Of a DNA stretch of 64,000 nt, positions 40,201-50,501 are shown one piece after another. Source of the stretch: Styela clava (taxonomy: Eukaryota); the NCBI RefSeq assembly GCF_964204865.1, contig NC_135253.1, positions 23,312,001 through 23,376,000 of the forward strand, written 5' to 3'. Every line of letters begins with the position of its first letter. Within the stretch, counting starts at the first letter, position 1. Position numbers and translations under genes: made by a program. The notes beneath the pieces were generated by a model that worked only from the letters and a program-made list of their open reading frames with translations, had not been told where the DNA came from and made no database searches.

Positions 40201-40764
40201 CCTCCATCTAATATTAACTGGGAGCGTGTCCACCTTTTGGACCGCTCCCTCAGGATTCATTTTAGTAACCCCGAAAGGGAAATTTCTTTCAGGACCGTCC
40301 GAAACGGGTTCTTATTTGGACAACGTCGGGCGGGAACCGGTTTTAAATACCATAAATTAAATAACCGGTTGCTTAAACTTACTTGTAAGTTTTGTCGCCA
40401 TGGAGTGGATAACACTCAACATCTCTTTTTAGAATGCAAGCCCTGCCTAAGTATGGCATCCGAATTATCCAGAATCTTAAATAAAATCTGTTCGAGTCCT
40501 GTAAGTGTGTGTATGGATGATATATTCTACAACACTTACAGTGATAACCATACTCTCAAGGTCTTTGTGATTAAAACAAAAAAGATTCTGGATAAGGAAG
40601 ACCGCTATGCGAAGGAGGGCGACGCGAATAATATAATAAAATCAGTGATTACTGATTTTAACGAACATCTTCTGGCACGTGAGTTAAAGTATGGGGACGT
40701 GACCATTTATGATCTCGTTCCTAATTGGAAAGAGATTCTTTCTGGTTACGATTCCCATACATAA
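37288..40764 (+). CDS. A1 ORF2 with a 9-aa in-frame deletion near the C-terminus
   Basis: APE and RT motifs intact; AVLKIFQIF missing near 40557. Confidence 0.95.
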   Translation: MDTLSLVSLNVNGLNSNRHRLGLWIRRHQPGIISLQQVHRCKKDEIDSWAADLGYTAHLNTIHHEVTSMKYFRAGTGILVKNNIPCTILSYKVLIPYRLGRLDFFFNSSITCLMNAYVPSVRGCTQTDFMVRMCDVFQTLDPLDPLIILGDFNAVLDERDVLIKQNFGLTKAEKILGSSLKSLSMIDIFRQKHPAGQVYTCKVDTQARRIDRIYISDHYAACVKDIYHIINTASDHTLAPALVLKSTLKKVDGKARPKSSTKIRWGKGAWRNNTSLYSDPEYREIIINSYKNLVHRMEEFSYIQDWWDFTKNSIKKSSIAFSIYKADLHRKKKDHLDFLIRDGQHHAEILNLRKELLLHETKKLEFIKLKARIQGMEEGEEPTKIFYQKLKKRDQDTIITQLKDKFGQTKEKPEEIISIVHDFYKDLWGTTSDIDVATQDELIKVMETTQLSSDDNGQIENGTTEEEVFSIIKNMDNGKSPGLDGLSKEFYLAFWTLIKKELIIIINNVLFSGILPASSKVARVKLIYKKSDALDLKNWRPISNLNVDYKIITKLLSRRLLNSFSGIISPTQKSTILGRSIFDVHYNITSALNYAKYTNSPYFIVSIDNLKAFDMVNHNYLLRLLESINLCPSALRLIKSIYTGITSIIEVNGAFTQKINILRGIRQGCPLSMLLYTINVEPLSRCVINNKLIKGIRIGNFTHKLDQYADDATFVVSDAYSIDAIFNNLELFRLATGQRINREKTSILCTNDRAKEILSFFPYHRYIKDHIKILGIYFGENQINITWSEKVSKIEQIINFNRSRSLSWYGKILVINSLILSQVIFSARSVPIPPPVIKYIDRKIFSYLWISEPMEVLGRRILRNGKSIGGMGVPCLNTKIVACQAERFQQLASLVNPTQLWHREAQFSLGSKIIQVNPGLFSNSIPHSITVPESWLKAFNTFRVLGAKGHDWDSAGLASIYRTLMSEREETPPSNINWERVHLLDRSLRIHFSNPEREISFRTVRNGFLFGQRRAGTGFKYHKLNNRLLKLTCKFCRHGVDNTQHLFLECKPCLSMASELSRILNKICSSPVSVCMDDIFYNTYSDNHTLKVFVIKTKKILDKEDRYAKEGDANNIIKSVITDFNEHLLARELKYGDVTIYDLVPNWKEILSGYDSHT

Positions 40765-41329
40765 GTCTCGCGTGCCAATTATTATATTATCTAAATAATA
40801 GTATTGGGTGTCATAACAACCTGTCCTCATCTCGATTGCTACCTAGTAACTATATTACTTTGATAATAAGATCACCAGTTGAATAAAACTAGGTGTAATA
40901 TAGTTATCATTAACATTAGGCAAACAAATAGTTAATAAAACGCCACATACACCTACCTACCTGGCAACCTTTATTATTATTATTATTATTATTTAATTTA
41001 TACTCTTGATTATTTTTGTTATCTTCTTCTCTCTTTTATAGCCCTTTCCTCTCTATCATTTTCTTTCTAACTCTTTTCTTCGTCAATCTGACTCTTTTTC
41101 TTCCATATCTTACCTGCCTGGCCAAGACGGAATACTCGCCACTAGAGGGTTCAATGAGTGTGCATCAGGGTGCATTTCTCCGAACCCTCCCATGTGGCGG
41201 GAAATGTTTCGTCGAGGCCAGGCGTTCTGTTAATCTTTACCTTTTATTTTTCAGAAAAAGAAAGACCATCTAAAAGCCTCCCCTGCAACAAGTAAGTATA
41301 AAAAAGTAAGTATCGGTGGGTTGAGGCCT

Positions 41330-41362
<33 letters not shown>

Positions 41363-41364
41363 TG

Positions 41365-41404
<40 letters not shown>

Positions 41405-41713
41405 GCTAGAGCCCTTGATCAACAGCACGGAGCGTCTGGTAGTCTTTTTCTGCCATTCAGCGGCTTTGCCAGCCCGCTCCGGTTTAGGTGTATTGGGAGT
41501 GGCCTCTCCCCCTTGGGAATTTCTTAGAGGCCACCCCTGGCGTTTCCGTAACGATTTTTTTCTTTGTTAATCGTTACCGCTTTGTTTTGTTATAACCCTC
41601 AGTTAGTTTATAGTCCTAAGTTCAACTACCTTCGTGAGCAGAATAGTTTTAATTAACATATAGTTGCTTCTTGTAGTTACTCTCTCTAATACTCGGTGTC
41701 AAAATATTTCTTC

Positions 41714-43168
41714 ATGTCTGCCAGGACTCATCTGCCGTTAGGCACTGATGTCTCTGGCAGGCCGTCGACTACTACTGTTTCGCCAACCGTTCGGACTTCT
41801 TCAACGGCGCATGTGCCTCTTTTTTCAAAGATGGTCGCGTCTGTACCGAAGGTTGCTGGCGTGAAGGGACTAGAAGTGGAACGCAGCGATTCAGTGGACG
41901 CAGCTACATCACAAGACATCCCCACTGTTGCCGCGTTCTACGATCTATTTACATCAGTCGCCCAACTCCGCCCCTTCAAATCACTGGTGGAAGGCGTTTT
42001 TCCTATCAGACAGGGAATCTGGAATGTTACATTCAAGTCCGAAGGAGGTAAGATACGCGACAGGTTTTTATCAAGCCAAGCAAACCTGGTCGAGACTCCT
42101 TGTGGCAATATTAGGTTTTCCCTCCCACGTGGTCCTGGAACTCGAATTAGCATTCGCGGTATCCCGACTGAAGCGAAAGTGGAGCAATTAAAATCCATGC
42201 TCAACTCGTTGAAGTTCGGGGAAGTCCGCCGAGTTTTTAAAATAAACCTGAAGAACACCCAGGTCTACAACGGCTACATCCAAGCCATTGTTGACGACTT
42301 GGATGTTAATAAATTTCCTGATTTTATAATGGTAGGCGGCTTACGTTGCAAAACGTATCTCCCCGCCGAATTATATGTCAAATCCTGCCTCAATTGCTTT
42401 AAAACCGGGCACCTTGCTCGCGAGTGCACTGATCCACCATCGTGCCGACTTTGTAAAAAGTCTGGCCACTTGCAGAAAGATTGCCCGGAATATCCTTCCA
42501 TACCATCTGGAAAGCAGCAAAGCGAGGCTGTGATACGCGAATCTTCTGTCAAACCGCGCGATAATACACCTGAATTAACACCATCCAGACCCTTGGTGAG
42601 GACCTCCAGATACAGCTTCTCTAAGGTCCCATCAAGTGTTCCAGTTGCACATGTTCAGGTAGATAAGCAAGCCGGTTCAAGGAAATCTCCTGCTAAAAGT
42701 AATAGTAATAAATATTCCAGTCGGGTTACAGTCGATATACATCCTGTCCCGACTGGTGTTGTAGAAATATCGGATTCCCTAGAATCTGAACAAACAGGAA
42801 ACAATAATAATAGATCTGAAAATAATAGCGTTCCAGTATCGGAGCCGGAAAAATCGGAGGATAACATAGAGGATGAAATTGATACATCTAGCGAGAAGGC
42901 GAGTACTCTGGAAGTTGGTATCCTTGATACCGCTGAATTTTCAGAGAGCTCTGATGATAACCACGAATACTTTCGTAAAAAACTTCGTGGTCATCAGAAA
43001 CCGAAAGAGCCGGGCCCGGACTGGAACTTCTCTAACATCGAGGAACCATCTGGCTTTAGGGATGAGAAGAGGGGACGGGAGAGCACGGCGTCAGACGTCT
43101 CTTCAGCTCTCCCCCCCAGAAAATCCCGGATTTTTTCAGAATCACCTACCGGTGATAATAATAAATAG
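41714..43168 (+). CDS. A2 ORF1
   Basis: ATG at 41714 (MSARTHLPLG, as in A1); CLNCFKTGHLAREC, CRLCKKSGHLQKDC. Confidence 0.92.
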   Translation: MSARTHLPLGTDVSGRPSTTTVSPTVRTSSTAHVPLFSKMVASVPKVAGVKGLEVERSDSVDAATSQDIPTVAAFYDLFTSVAQLRPFKSLVEGVFPIRQGIWNVTFKSEGGKIRDRFLSSQANLVETPCGNIRFSLPRGPGTRISIRGIPTEAKVEQLKSMLNSLKFGEVRRVFKINLKNTQVYNGYIQAIVDDLDVNKFPDFIMVGGLRCKTYLPAELYVKSCLNCFKTGHLARECTDPPSCRLCKKSGHLQKDCPEYPSIPSGKQQSEAVIRESSVKPRDNTPELTPSRPLVRTSRYSFSKVPSSVPVAHVQVDKQAGSRKSPAKSNSNKYSSRVTVDIHPVPTGVVEISDSLESEQTGNNNNRSENNSVPVSEPEKSEDNIEDEIDTSSEKASTLEVGILDTAEFSESSDDNHEYFRKKLRGHQKPKEPGPDWNFSNIEEPSGFRDEKRGRESTASDVSSALPPRKSRIFSESPTGDNNK

Positions 43169-43354
43169 TATAGTTCCTTAGATCCTTCCATTTCTCCATC
43201 ACTCCTCTATATTGGTGGATTACCATCCATCTTAACTTTTTCTATAATATATGTACGATGGTACTTTTTTTAATTTTTTTATCATCTCCAGTACATATTG
43301 TTATAGTAATTCTCATAATATTGATGATAGGACCCTTTTATCCACCTTCCTCCG

Positions 43355-46300
43355 ATGGCTACCCTGAGTATTGCTTCAATTAATGTTAATGGGCTCAGCT
43401 CAGGCAGACCCAGGCTGAATCTCTGGTTACAGAGACATCAGCCTGGGATTCTAGCCATTCAACAAGTACATCGTTGCAAGAAGGACGATATTGGATCCTG
43501 GGCCATGAGGATGGGATACACAGCCTACCTTAATACGATCCCCCATGAAGTCACCTCTATGAAATATTTTAGAGCTGGGACGGGAATTCTTGTAAAAAAT
43601 AACATCCCTTGTACTGTTGTTGCGTACAAGGTTTTGATTCCCCACAGACTCGACCGACTGGACTTTTTATATAATAATAGCATAATCTCTTTGTTTAATG
43701 CGTACGTCCCGTCGGTTCGAGGCTGTACCCAGACTGACTTCATGGTGAGGATGTGCGGTGTGTTCCAGACTCTGGACCCCATGGATCCAATAATAATCTT
43801 AGGTGATTTTAATGCTGTCCTGGATGAGCGTGATGTTCTTATTAAACAGAACTTCAGGCTCACCAGGGCAGAAAAAATATTGGGTACTTCCTTAAAGGCT
43901 ACAGGGATGGTGGATATCTTCCGCCGGAAACATCCGACTGGCCAGGTCTATACATGTAAAGTAGACACACAGGCGCGTAGGATCGATCGAATATATATTT
44001 CTGATCACTACGCGTCCTGTGTGAAAGATATCCACCATCTGATGAACACTGTCTCCGATCACACCCTTGTCCCTGTCTTAGTTTTAGTATCTTCTTCGAA
44101 GATATATAGGGGCAAGGGTGTGCCAAAATCTTCCACAAAGATAAGGTGGGGCAGAGGTGCCTGGAGGAATAACACCTCCCTCTATCAGGACCCTGTCTAC
44201 ATCAATATTATTAAAAACTGTTATAAAAGATTAGTTCACCATTTAGAGGATTTCTCACTGATACAGCAATGGTGGGATCATGTAAAAAATAGCATAAGAA
44301 AAACAACCACTGCATATTCCATCTTTAAAGTAGCGGAAAATAAAAAGAAAAGTGATATGTTGCAATATTTAATAAGAGATGGTCAAGACCTTAATGAAAT
44401 AATTAAAATTAGAGCTGAACTTCTTCTTCTACAAGAACAGAGATTAGATTATATTAAGTTAAAAGCCCGTATCTTTGATACTGAAGAGGGCGAGGCACCA
44501 TCTAAAATTTTCTATCAAAAATTGAAACAGCGGGACCAGGATTCAACTATCATTCAATTAAAGGATAAATTTGGTAATATAAAAGATAATCGCGACGACG
44601 TAATTCAAATAGTCCATGACTTCTATGGGGATTTGTGGGGAACCACCTCAAATATTGACGTGGCAACTCAAAATATTCTTATAAAAACCATGGAATCTAC
44701 CCAAATTACTATGGAAGAAAACATTCAGATTGAATCCTGGACAAATGAAGAGGAAGTTTTAGATATAATAACCGGTATGGAGAACAGCAAGTCGCCGGGT
44801 CTCGACGGCTTGGCGAAGGAGTTTTATGTTACGTTCTGGGCCCTAATTAAAAATGAATTCCTCATTCTACTCAACAATATTTTGTTTTCTGGTATTCTGC
44901 CAGAATCGTCCAAAAAGGCTCGTGTAAAGTTAATTTATAAAAAAGCCGACGCTTTAAGTTTGAAAAATTGGCGCCCCATTTCAAACTTAAACGTCGACTA
45001 TAAGGTCATCACCAAACTTTTAACCCAGCGTTTAATAACTCCGTTTTCTCGAATAATAAGCACGACCCAGAAGAGTACTCTTCAAGGTCGCTCCATATTT
45101 GATGTGCACTACAACATCAACAGTGCCTTCAATTATGCAAATAATACCAATAGCCCTCATTTTCTTATTTCCATAGATAATCTCAAGGCATTTGACATGG
45201 TTCATCATAATTATCTCTTGAGACTCCTCGAGACAATCAACCTAGGGTCAAATGCCTTGAGACTTATTAAATCACTGTATAATAATATAACAAGCGTTAT
45301 AGAGGTCAATGGGGCGTTTACCCGCGAAATCAGCATACTCAGGGGTATCCGTCAAGGATGTCCTCTGAGTATGCTGCTTTATACCATCAACGTGGAGCCC
45401 CTTAGCCGACTTATAACGAGTAACACCACAATAAAAGGAATCAGAATCGGTAATTTCACCCACAAGCTCGATCAGTATGCGGACGACACAAACTTTATTG
45501 TGTCGGACGTATACTCTATCGAGGCTATTTTTCAGGAACTTGAATTTTTTCGTATGGCCACCGGTCAGATGATTAATAAATCTAAAACCACCATCCTTTG
45601 TATGAACGATAGGGCAAAGGAAATAATTTCTTTCTTTCCCTATAGTGAGTTTATCAAAGATCAAGTTAAAATCTTGGGCATTCACTTTGGGAAAAACCGT
45701 GTCAATCTCACTTGGAGTGAAAAGATCTCCAAGATAGAAAAGATCATCAATTTTAATAGATCCCGTTCTTTATCTTGGTACGGCAAGATCTTGGTGATTA
45801 ATTCCCTAATCTTGTCGCAAGTTCTTTTTAGTGCAAGGTCGGTCTCTGTACCGCGTCACATTATAAAATATATAGATAGGAAAATTTTTTCCTTTCTCTG
45901 GACCTCTGAGCCAATGGAAGTTTTAGGCAGGCGAATCCTCCGGAACGAGAAATCAATCGGTGGGATGGGTGTTCCTTGTACGAACACCAAAGTAGTTGCT
46001 TGCCAGGCTGAACGATTCCATCAACTGGCCTCCCTTATTAATCCCACACAATTGTGGCACAGGGAGGCCCAGTACAGCCTTGGCAGCAAAATAATCCAGG
46101 TTAACCCTGGATTATTTAGCAACTCCATCCCTAACTCCATTCTCGTTCCAGAATCTTGGCTGGGAGCTTTCAACACATTTTGTGTTCTGAAGGCTTCCGG
46201 CCTTGATTGGGATTCTGCTAGCCTAGCTTCCATTTATAGAACGCTCATGAGGGACAGGAAAGCACTTCCTCCAACTAATATAGATTGGCTACGTGTCCAT

Positions 46301-46858
46301 CTTCTCGATCACTCCCTCCGGAGCCACTTTAGTAATAACGAGAGAGAAATCTCTTACAGGACCGCCCTGAACGGTTTCCTTTTTGGAAAGCGCAGGGCTG
46401 GTACAGGATTTAGATTTAATAAAACCAATAATAGGCTACTTAAACTTAACTGCAAATTTTGTAGACATGGAATAGACACTACTCAGCACATCTTTTTAGA
46501 GTGTAAGTTCTGCCTGAGCATGGCATCTGAATTATCCAAGATCTTGAATGATATCAGCTCGAGCCCTGTAAGTGTTTGCATGGATGACATTTTCTATAAC
46601 ACTTATAGTGGCAACAGCTCCCTTACGGTCCTTAAACTCTTCCAGATCTTTAAGGTCATTGTAATTAAAACTAAGAAGATCTTGGATAAGGAAGATTGCT
46701 ATGCGAAGGCAGATCACTCTAGTAACATCATTAAATCAGTTATTTCTGATTTAAAACAACATTTGCTGGCACGCGAAATGAAATACGAGAATATCATAAT
46801 ATACAACCTAGTTCCAAATTGGAAAGAAATCCTCTCAGGATATGATTTCCAAACATAA
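43355..46858 (+). CDS. A2 ORF2, APE + RT + Zn finger
   Basis: Colinear with A1 ORF2 (1167 aa); GDFN, SDH, YADD. Confidence 0.96.
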   Translation: MATLSIASINVNGLSSGRPRLNLWLQRHQPGILAIQQVHRCKKDDIGSWAMRMGYTAYLNTIPHEVTSMKYFRAGTGILVKNNIPCTVVAYKVLIPHRLDRLDFLYNNSIISLFNAYVPSVRGCTQTDFMVRMCGVFQTLDPMDPIIILGDFNAVLDERDVLIKQNFRLTRAEKILGTSLKATGMVDIFRRKHPTGQVYTCKVDTQARRIDRIYISDHYASCVKDIHHLMNTVSDHTLVPVLVLVSSSKIYRGKGVPKSSTKIRWGRGAWRNNTSLYQDPVYINIIKNCYKRLVHHLEDFSLIQQWWDHVKNSIRKTTTAYSIFKVAENKKKSDMLQYLIRDGQDLNEIIKIRAELLLLQEQRLDYIKLKARIFDTEEGEAPSKIFYQKLKQRDQDSTIIQLKDKFGNIKDNRDDVIQIVHDFYGDLWGTTSNIDVATQNILIKTMESTQITMEENIQIESWTNEEEVLDIITGMENSKSPGLDGLAKEFYVTFWALIKNEFLILLNNILFSGILPESSKKARVKLIYKKADALSLKNWRPISNLNVDYKVITKLLTQRLITPFSRIISTTQKSTLQGRSIFDVHYNINSAFNYANNTNSPHFLISIDNLKAFDMVHHNYLLRLLETINLGSNALRLIKSLYNNITSVIEVNGAFTREISILRGIRQGCPLSMLLYTINVEPLSRLITSNTTIKGIRIGNFTHKLDQYADDTNFIVSDVYSIEAIFQELEFFRMATGQMINKSKTTILCMNDRAKEIISFFPYSEFIKDQVKILGIHFGKNRVNLTWSEKISKIEKIINFNRSRSLSWYGKILVINSLILSQVLFSARSVSVPRHIIKYIDRKIFSFLWTSEPMEVLGRRILRNEKSIGGMGVPCTNTKVVACQAERFHQLASLINPTQLWHREAQYSLGSKIIQVNPGLFSNSIPNSILVPESWLGAFNTFCVLKASGLDWDSASLASIYRTLMRDRKALPPTNIDWLRVHLLDHSLRSHFSNNEREISYRTALNGFLFGKRRAGTGFRFNKTNNRLLKLNCKFCRHGIDTTQHIFLECKFCLSMASELSKILNDISSSPVSVCMDDIFYNTYSGNSSLTVLKLFQIFKVIVIKTKKILDKEDCYAKADHSSNIIKSVISDLKQHLLAREMKYENIIIYNLVPNWKEILSGYDFQT

Positions 46859-47447
46859 ATCATCTCGCGTGCCTGATAACTGCTGAGGTATAATGAACCA
46901 ACATCTATAACCTACCTCCATTGCTACATAATGCTGTAGTACTCCTCCAATACTTATCCCAACCTAAATATTGTTAGTATAATAAAATCTGGGGTAACAC
47001 AGGAACATGATAATTAATAAAGCGAATTATAACGCCACGCACCTAACTGGCTACTTTATTATCATTTAATTTATGATCTCACTTCTTTTTTATTATTAAT
47101 TTCTTCACCCTTCTTTTATAACCCTTTCTCTCCATCATTTTCTTTCTAATCCCTTTACTTCGTCATTCTGACTCTTTCTCTTCTATTTCCTTTTTGCCTG
47201 GCCAAAACGAAATACTCGCCACTAGAGGGTTCAATGAGTGTGCATCAGGGTGCATTTCTCCGAACCCTCACATGTGGCGGGAAATATTTTGTGGCGGTCA
47301 GGCGTTCTGTTAACTGTCTCCTATATTTTTCAGAAAAAGAAAGACCATCTACAAGCCTCCCCTGCAACAAGTAAGTATTAAAAGGTAAGTACCGGTGGGT
47401 TGAGGCCTACCATAAAAAAAAAAAAAAAAAAAAAAATAAAAATAAAA

Positions 47448-47482
<35 letters not shown>

Positions 47483-47732
47483 GCTAGAGCCCGAGCTATT
47501 GCTCGTTATTTTATACTGCACATTCCAGATCGAAGTGGTTCGCGCTAACTCCTTCGTGACTTCTTATTCTCGCTAGTACGAGACTTCTCGCGAAGTGAAC
47601 GAGATAACAACGCGACGTGATACATCCTTTGTTGTCGCCGACTGACTTCTGCTCCCTTAGATTGTTGTCTTACATACATACATGTCTTGTTGGAATAGAT
47701 TGTGCAACCGAATGGGCTACAAACCAGTGACT

Positions 47733-47778
47733 ATCATTATTCGCTGTATAATTAAGGTAAGTTCTGGAGCCGCGGCTC
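47733..47778 (+). ncRNA. SL RNA gene, alpha
   Basis: Exon, donor 47757, hairpin. Confidence 0.8.
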
Positions 47779-48040
47779 GTTATTTAATATCGCACTCTTC
47801 GGTTGGAAGAAAACGCGTTCATTTTGTCCACGTTAACCCTTTCGTGACTTGACCTGTCAAAAAACCTTTCCGTGGGACCAACGATTTAACCCGCGCAGGT
47901 GCACTTCGTTTGATGGTTGCCGACATCGCGGCGAGTCAGGTTTCTGCGTTACTCGCTGTGTATGTCCAGACTGCTCGTCCAAGAACTTCAAATCTTGTGA
48001 GCATAGACTGTGCAGCCGAATGAGTCTCAAAGCAATGGCT

Positions 48041-48092
48041 ATCATTATTCGCTATTTGATTAAGGTAAGCTAGCGCCCGAGCTGCGGTTCGG
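48041..48092 (+). ncRNA. SL RNA gene, beta
   Basis: Exon, donor 48065, hairpin. Confidence 0.8.
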
Positions 48093-48318
48093 TATTTTTT
48101 ATTGCATTTTCCATACTCCAATTCGTAGAATATTTCAATTCGTTCGTCCTAACCCTCTCTTATCTTTTGGCTTTGCGCGAGACACACCGCGGGCGGGCCT
48201 CGTTTGTTGTCGCCGACTTCTGCTTCTCGTTTTAGTATTCATTCGTACGCTTTGGCATAGATCGTGCAACCGAATGGGCTTCAAAATATTGGAAATCATT
48301 ATTGCTGTTTTGATTAAG

Positions 48319-50131
48319 GCAACCCCTCACCGGGTTAGGCCCTCGACAGCAACGAAGCAAGAAGAAAAAGAAGAAGAAGATGAACTACGCCGAAGCCGCC
48401 TCAACAACGCCTACACCTACAAGCGAAGAAACGACTGCACCGACTACACGACCTCGCACTCTGTTCCTGACAACCACCAAAGACCTGGACTTCCCTCGAC
48501 TGTTCGACATCCTGAAGACCGACTCAGCGTCCCGCAACTATGTCGACAACATCACGGGACTGTTCGAGGGAAGGAAAGGTCAGTGGATTTGTACTTTTGC
48601 CGCCACCGACGAACCCAACTCTAGCTGTCGCGAGCAATTTATGCACGACACAAAGGGTGAAATAAGAGTTTCAGACGGTACTATCACGGTATCGCTGCCT
48701 ACCGAAGCACCTGTCCGAATATCCATTCGAGGGATACCGGGTGAAACTTCCTACAGCAAGGCCGTGTCGACAATCGAACGACTGCAGTGCGGAAAAGTCC
48801 GGAATGCCACCAGAAACTGGTACAGAGGTACGTCCATTTATAACGGATACACTTCCTTTTTTATTGAAAATTTTAAAAAGGACAGGTTACCAGATTACTT
48901 GGTCATTGACGGGAAAAGCTGCAAAACTTACCTGCCCAGGGAATTATATGTGCCAACCTGTGGTAGGTGTTTGAAATCCGGTCACAACTTCACCGAATGC
49001 GAAAGCGAACCAGTCTGTCGCTACTGCAAACAACCGGGCCATCTTTTAAAAGAGTGTCCATCCAGAAGGAAAGAATTTCCATCAATTTCTGGCTCTACAT
49101 GGACCCTTCCACGACGTCGAAAACAGCTATCAGAAAACCCACCTCATTTGGAACAACCAAGTAATCAAAATGCTTCACAACCTGCAACAGTATCGGATTT
49201 ACAAAATGCTACACAGCCTGGACTAATTTCGGATTTACAAAACAACCAAAATGCCGTACAACCTACAAAACCGGATATACCAAACGATCAAATGGATTTA
49301 CAACCTGAATCGACCACTCTTACTCCGCATGACAACAGGATTGATCCAACCTCGAATGTAATCGAATTTTCCTCTTCCACCGAATCAACCGACTTGAAAG
49401 AAATCAGCAACTGGTCGGAGTGCGAGGATGTGGGAAACGTTATAAGCCCTCTGTCAACACCGCCGAGTCAGCCGCAACTCAAACAAACAAGGCAATCTTC
49501 CAGACTCAAACAGTCATCGACGATTGGAAACACCCCGTTTCATCCTACATCCAAAGGCAACCCTTATGTAAAAGTGATGGTGCACAACATCCAGCCACCG
49601 GACTTAACAACATCTTCCGTCTTCTCCACTGCACCTGATGAAATATCCTCCGCACCGGCTAATCTAGAATACAACAAATCAAAAGCCAAAACCATGGACT
49701 TACCTGCCACAAATCTTGACAATTCGGATTATGCTATCAAAAGAAGCCGTGAAGAAACGTCATCAGACTCGTCATTTTCAACCACTTTAGAATTTAGACT
49801 TGTTGGCAAAAAGAAAAAATAGTAAGTTAATTCGGACCCCACAAATCAAAATTCTGTAATCTGGACATTTAATTCGGCCTTTAAAACATCGAGCGTAAAA
49901 CAAACTGCCCAGTTGATGGCATAAAACTCAACTTGATAATACCATCCTACTTATAGCGGGTGTGATGAATGGAAGACTACCTCTTCATGTGGTATATAAA
50001 ATGGTGATCTCTGTGGCAAAGAGAAGGGATCCATATAACTTCCGTCGGCATAGTCTGGGTATGAAGGCAATTGGGCTGGATTCCAGACTTTGTCGTTCTG
50101 ATCCGTGACAAGATAAAAAAAAAAAAAAAAA
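48319..50131 (+). mobile_element. N1 ORF1-only element, full length
   Basis: After the gamma exon; tail followed by GTAAGCTAGAGCCC and an A1 copy. Confidence 0.93.
48380..49822 (+). CDS. N1 ORF1 (480 aa)
   Basis: Intact ORF with two CCHC knuckles. Confidence 0.93.
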   Translation: MNYAEAASTTPTPTSEETTAPTTRPRTLFLTTTKDLDFPRLFDILKTDSASRNYVDNITGLFEGRKGQWICTFAATDEPNSSCREQFMHDTKGEIRVSDGTITVSLPTEAPVRISIRGIPGETSYSKAVSTIERLQCGKVRNATRNWYRGTSIYNGYTSFFIENFKKDRLPDYLVIDGKSCKTYLPRELYVPTCGRCLKSGHNFTECESEPVCRYCKQPGHLLKECPSRRKEFPSISGSTWTLPRRRKQLSENPPHLEQPSNQNASQPATVSDLQNATQPGLISDLQNNQNAVQPTKPDIPNDQMDLQPESTTLTPHDNRIDPTSNVIEFSSSTESTDLKEISNWSECEDVGNVISPLSTPPSQPQLKQTRQSSRLKQSSTIGNTPFHPTSKGNPYVKVMVHNIQPPDLTTSSVFSTAPDEISSAPANLEYNKSKAKTMDLPATNLDNSDYAIKRSREETSSDSSFSTTLEFRLVGKKKK

Positions 50132-50501
50132 GTAAGCTAGAGCCCTTGATCAACAGCACGGAGCGTCTGGTGGTCTTTTCTGCCATTCCGCGGCTTTTGC
50201 CAGCCCGCTCCGAACTAGGTGTATTGGGAGTGGCCTCTCCCCCTTCGGGAATTTCTTAGAGGCCACCCCGGCGTTTCCGTAACGGTTTTTATATAATAAA
50301 CCGTTACCGCTTTTGTTTGTTGCTCTGTTAGTTTATAAACTTCTGTTAGTTAATAGCCCCAATTTCTACTACTACCATAATATCTAGCTCGTTTTTATTA
50401 TCCTTCAGTTAGTTTCTTTGTAGTAGGTTTCCTTAATAACTCTTAGTTGAATAACATCTGGGGTTCTACATTTCTTCTATAGTTTCTCCGTAAAGTTCTT
50501 G

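Larger units (their letters stand above)
35360..41400 (+). mobile_element. A1 element, slightly diverged full-length copy
   Basis: Same organisation as 1298-7303; poly(A) 41336-41400. Confidence 0.95.
41415..47478 (+). mobile_element. A2 autonomous Tx1-like element, full length
   Basis: Sister family of A1; GTAAGCTAGAGCCC on both sides (41401-41414, 47479-47492); poly(A). Confidence 0.95.
47479..48318 (+). repeat. SL array segment (one trimer, 840 bp)
   Basis: Donors at 47757 and 48065; gamma exon ends 48318. Confidence 0.93.
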
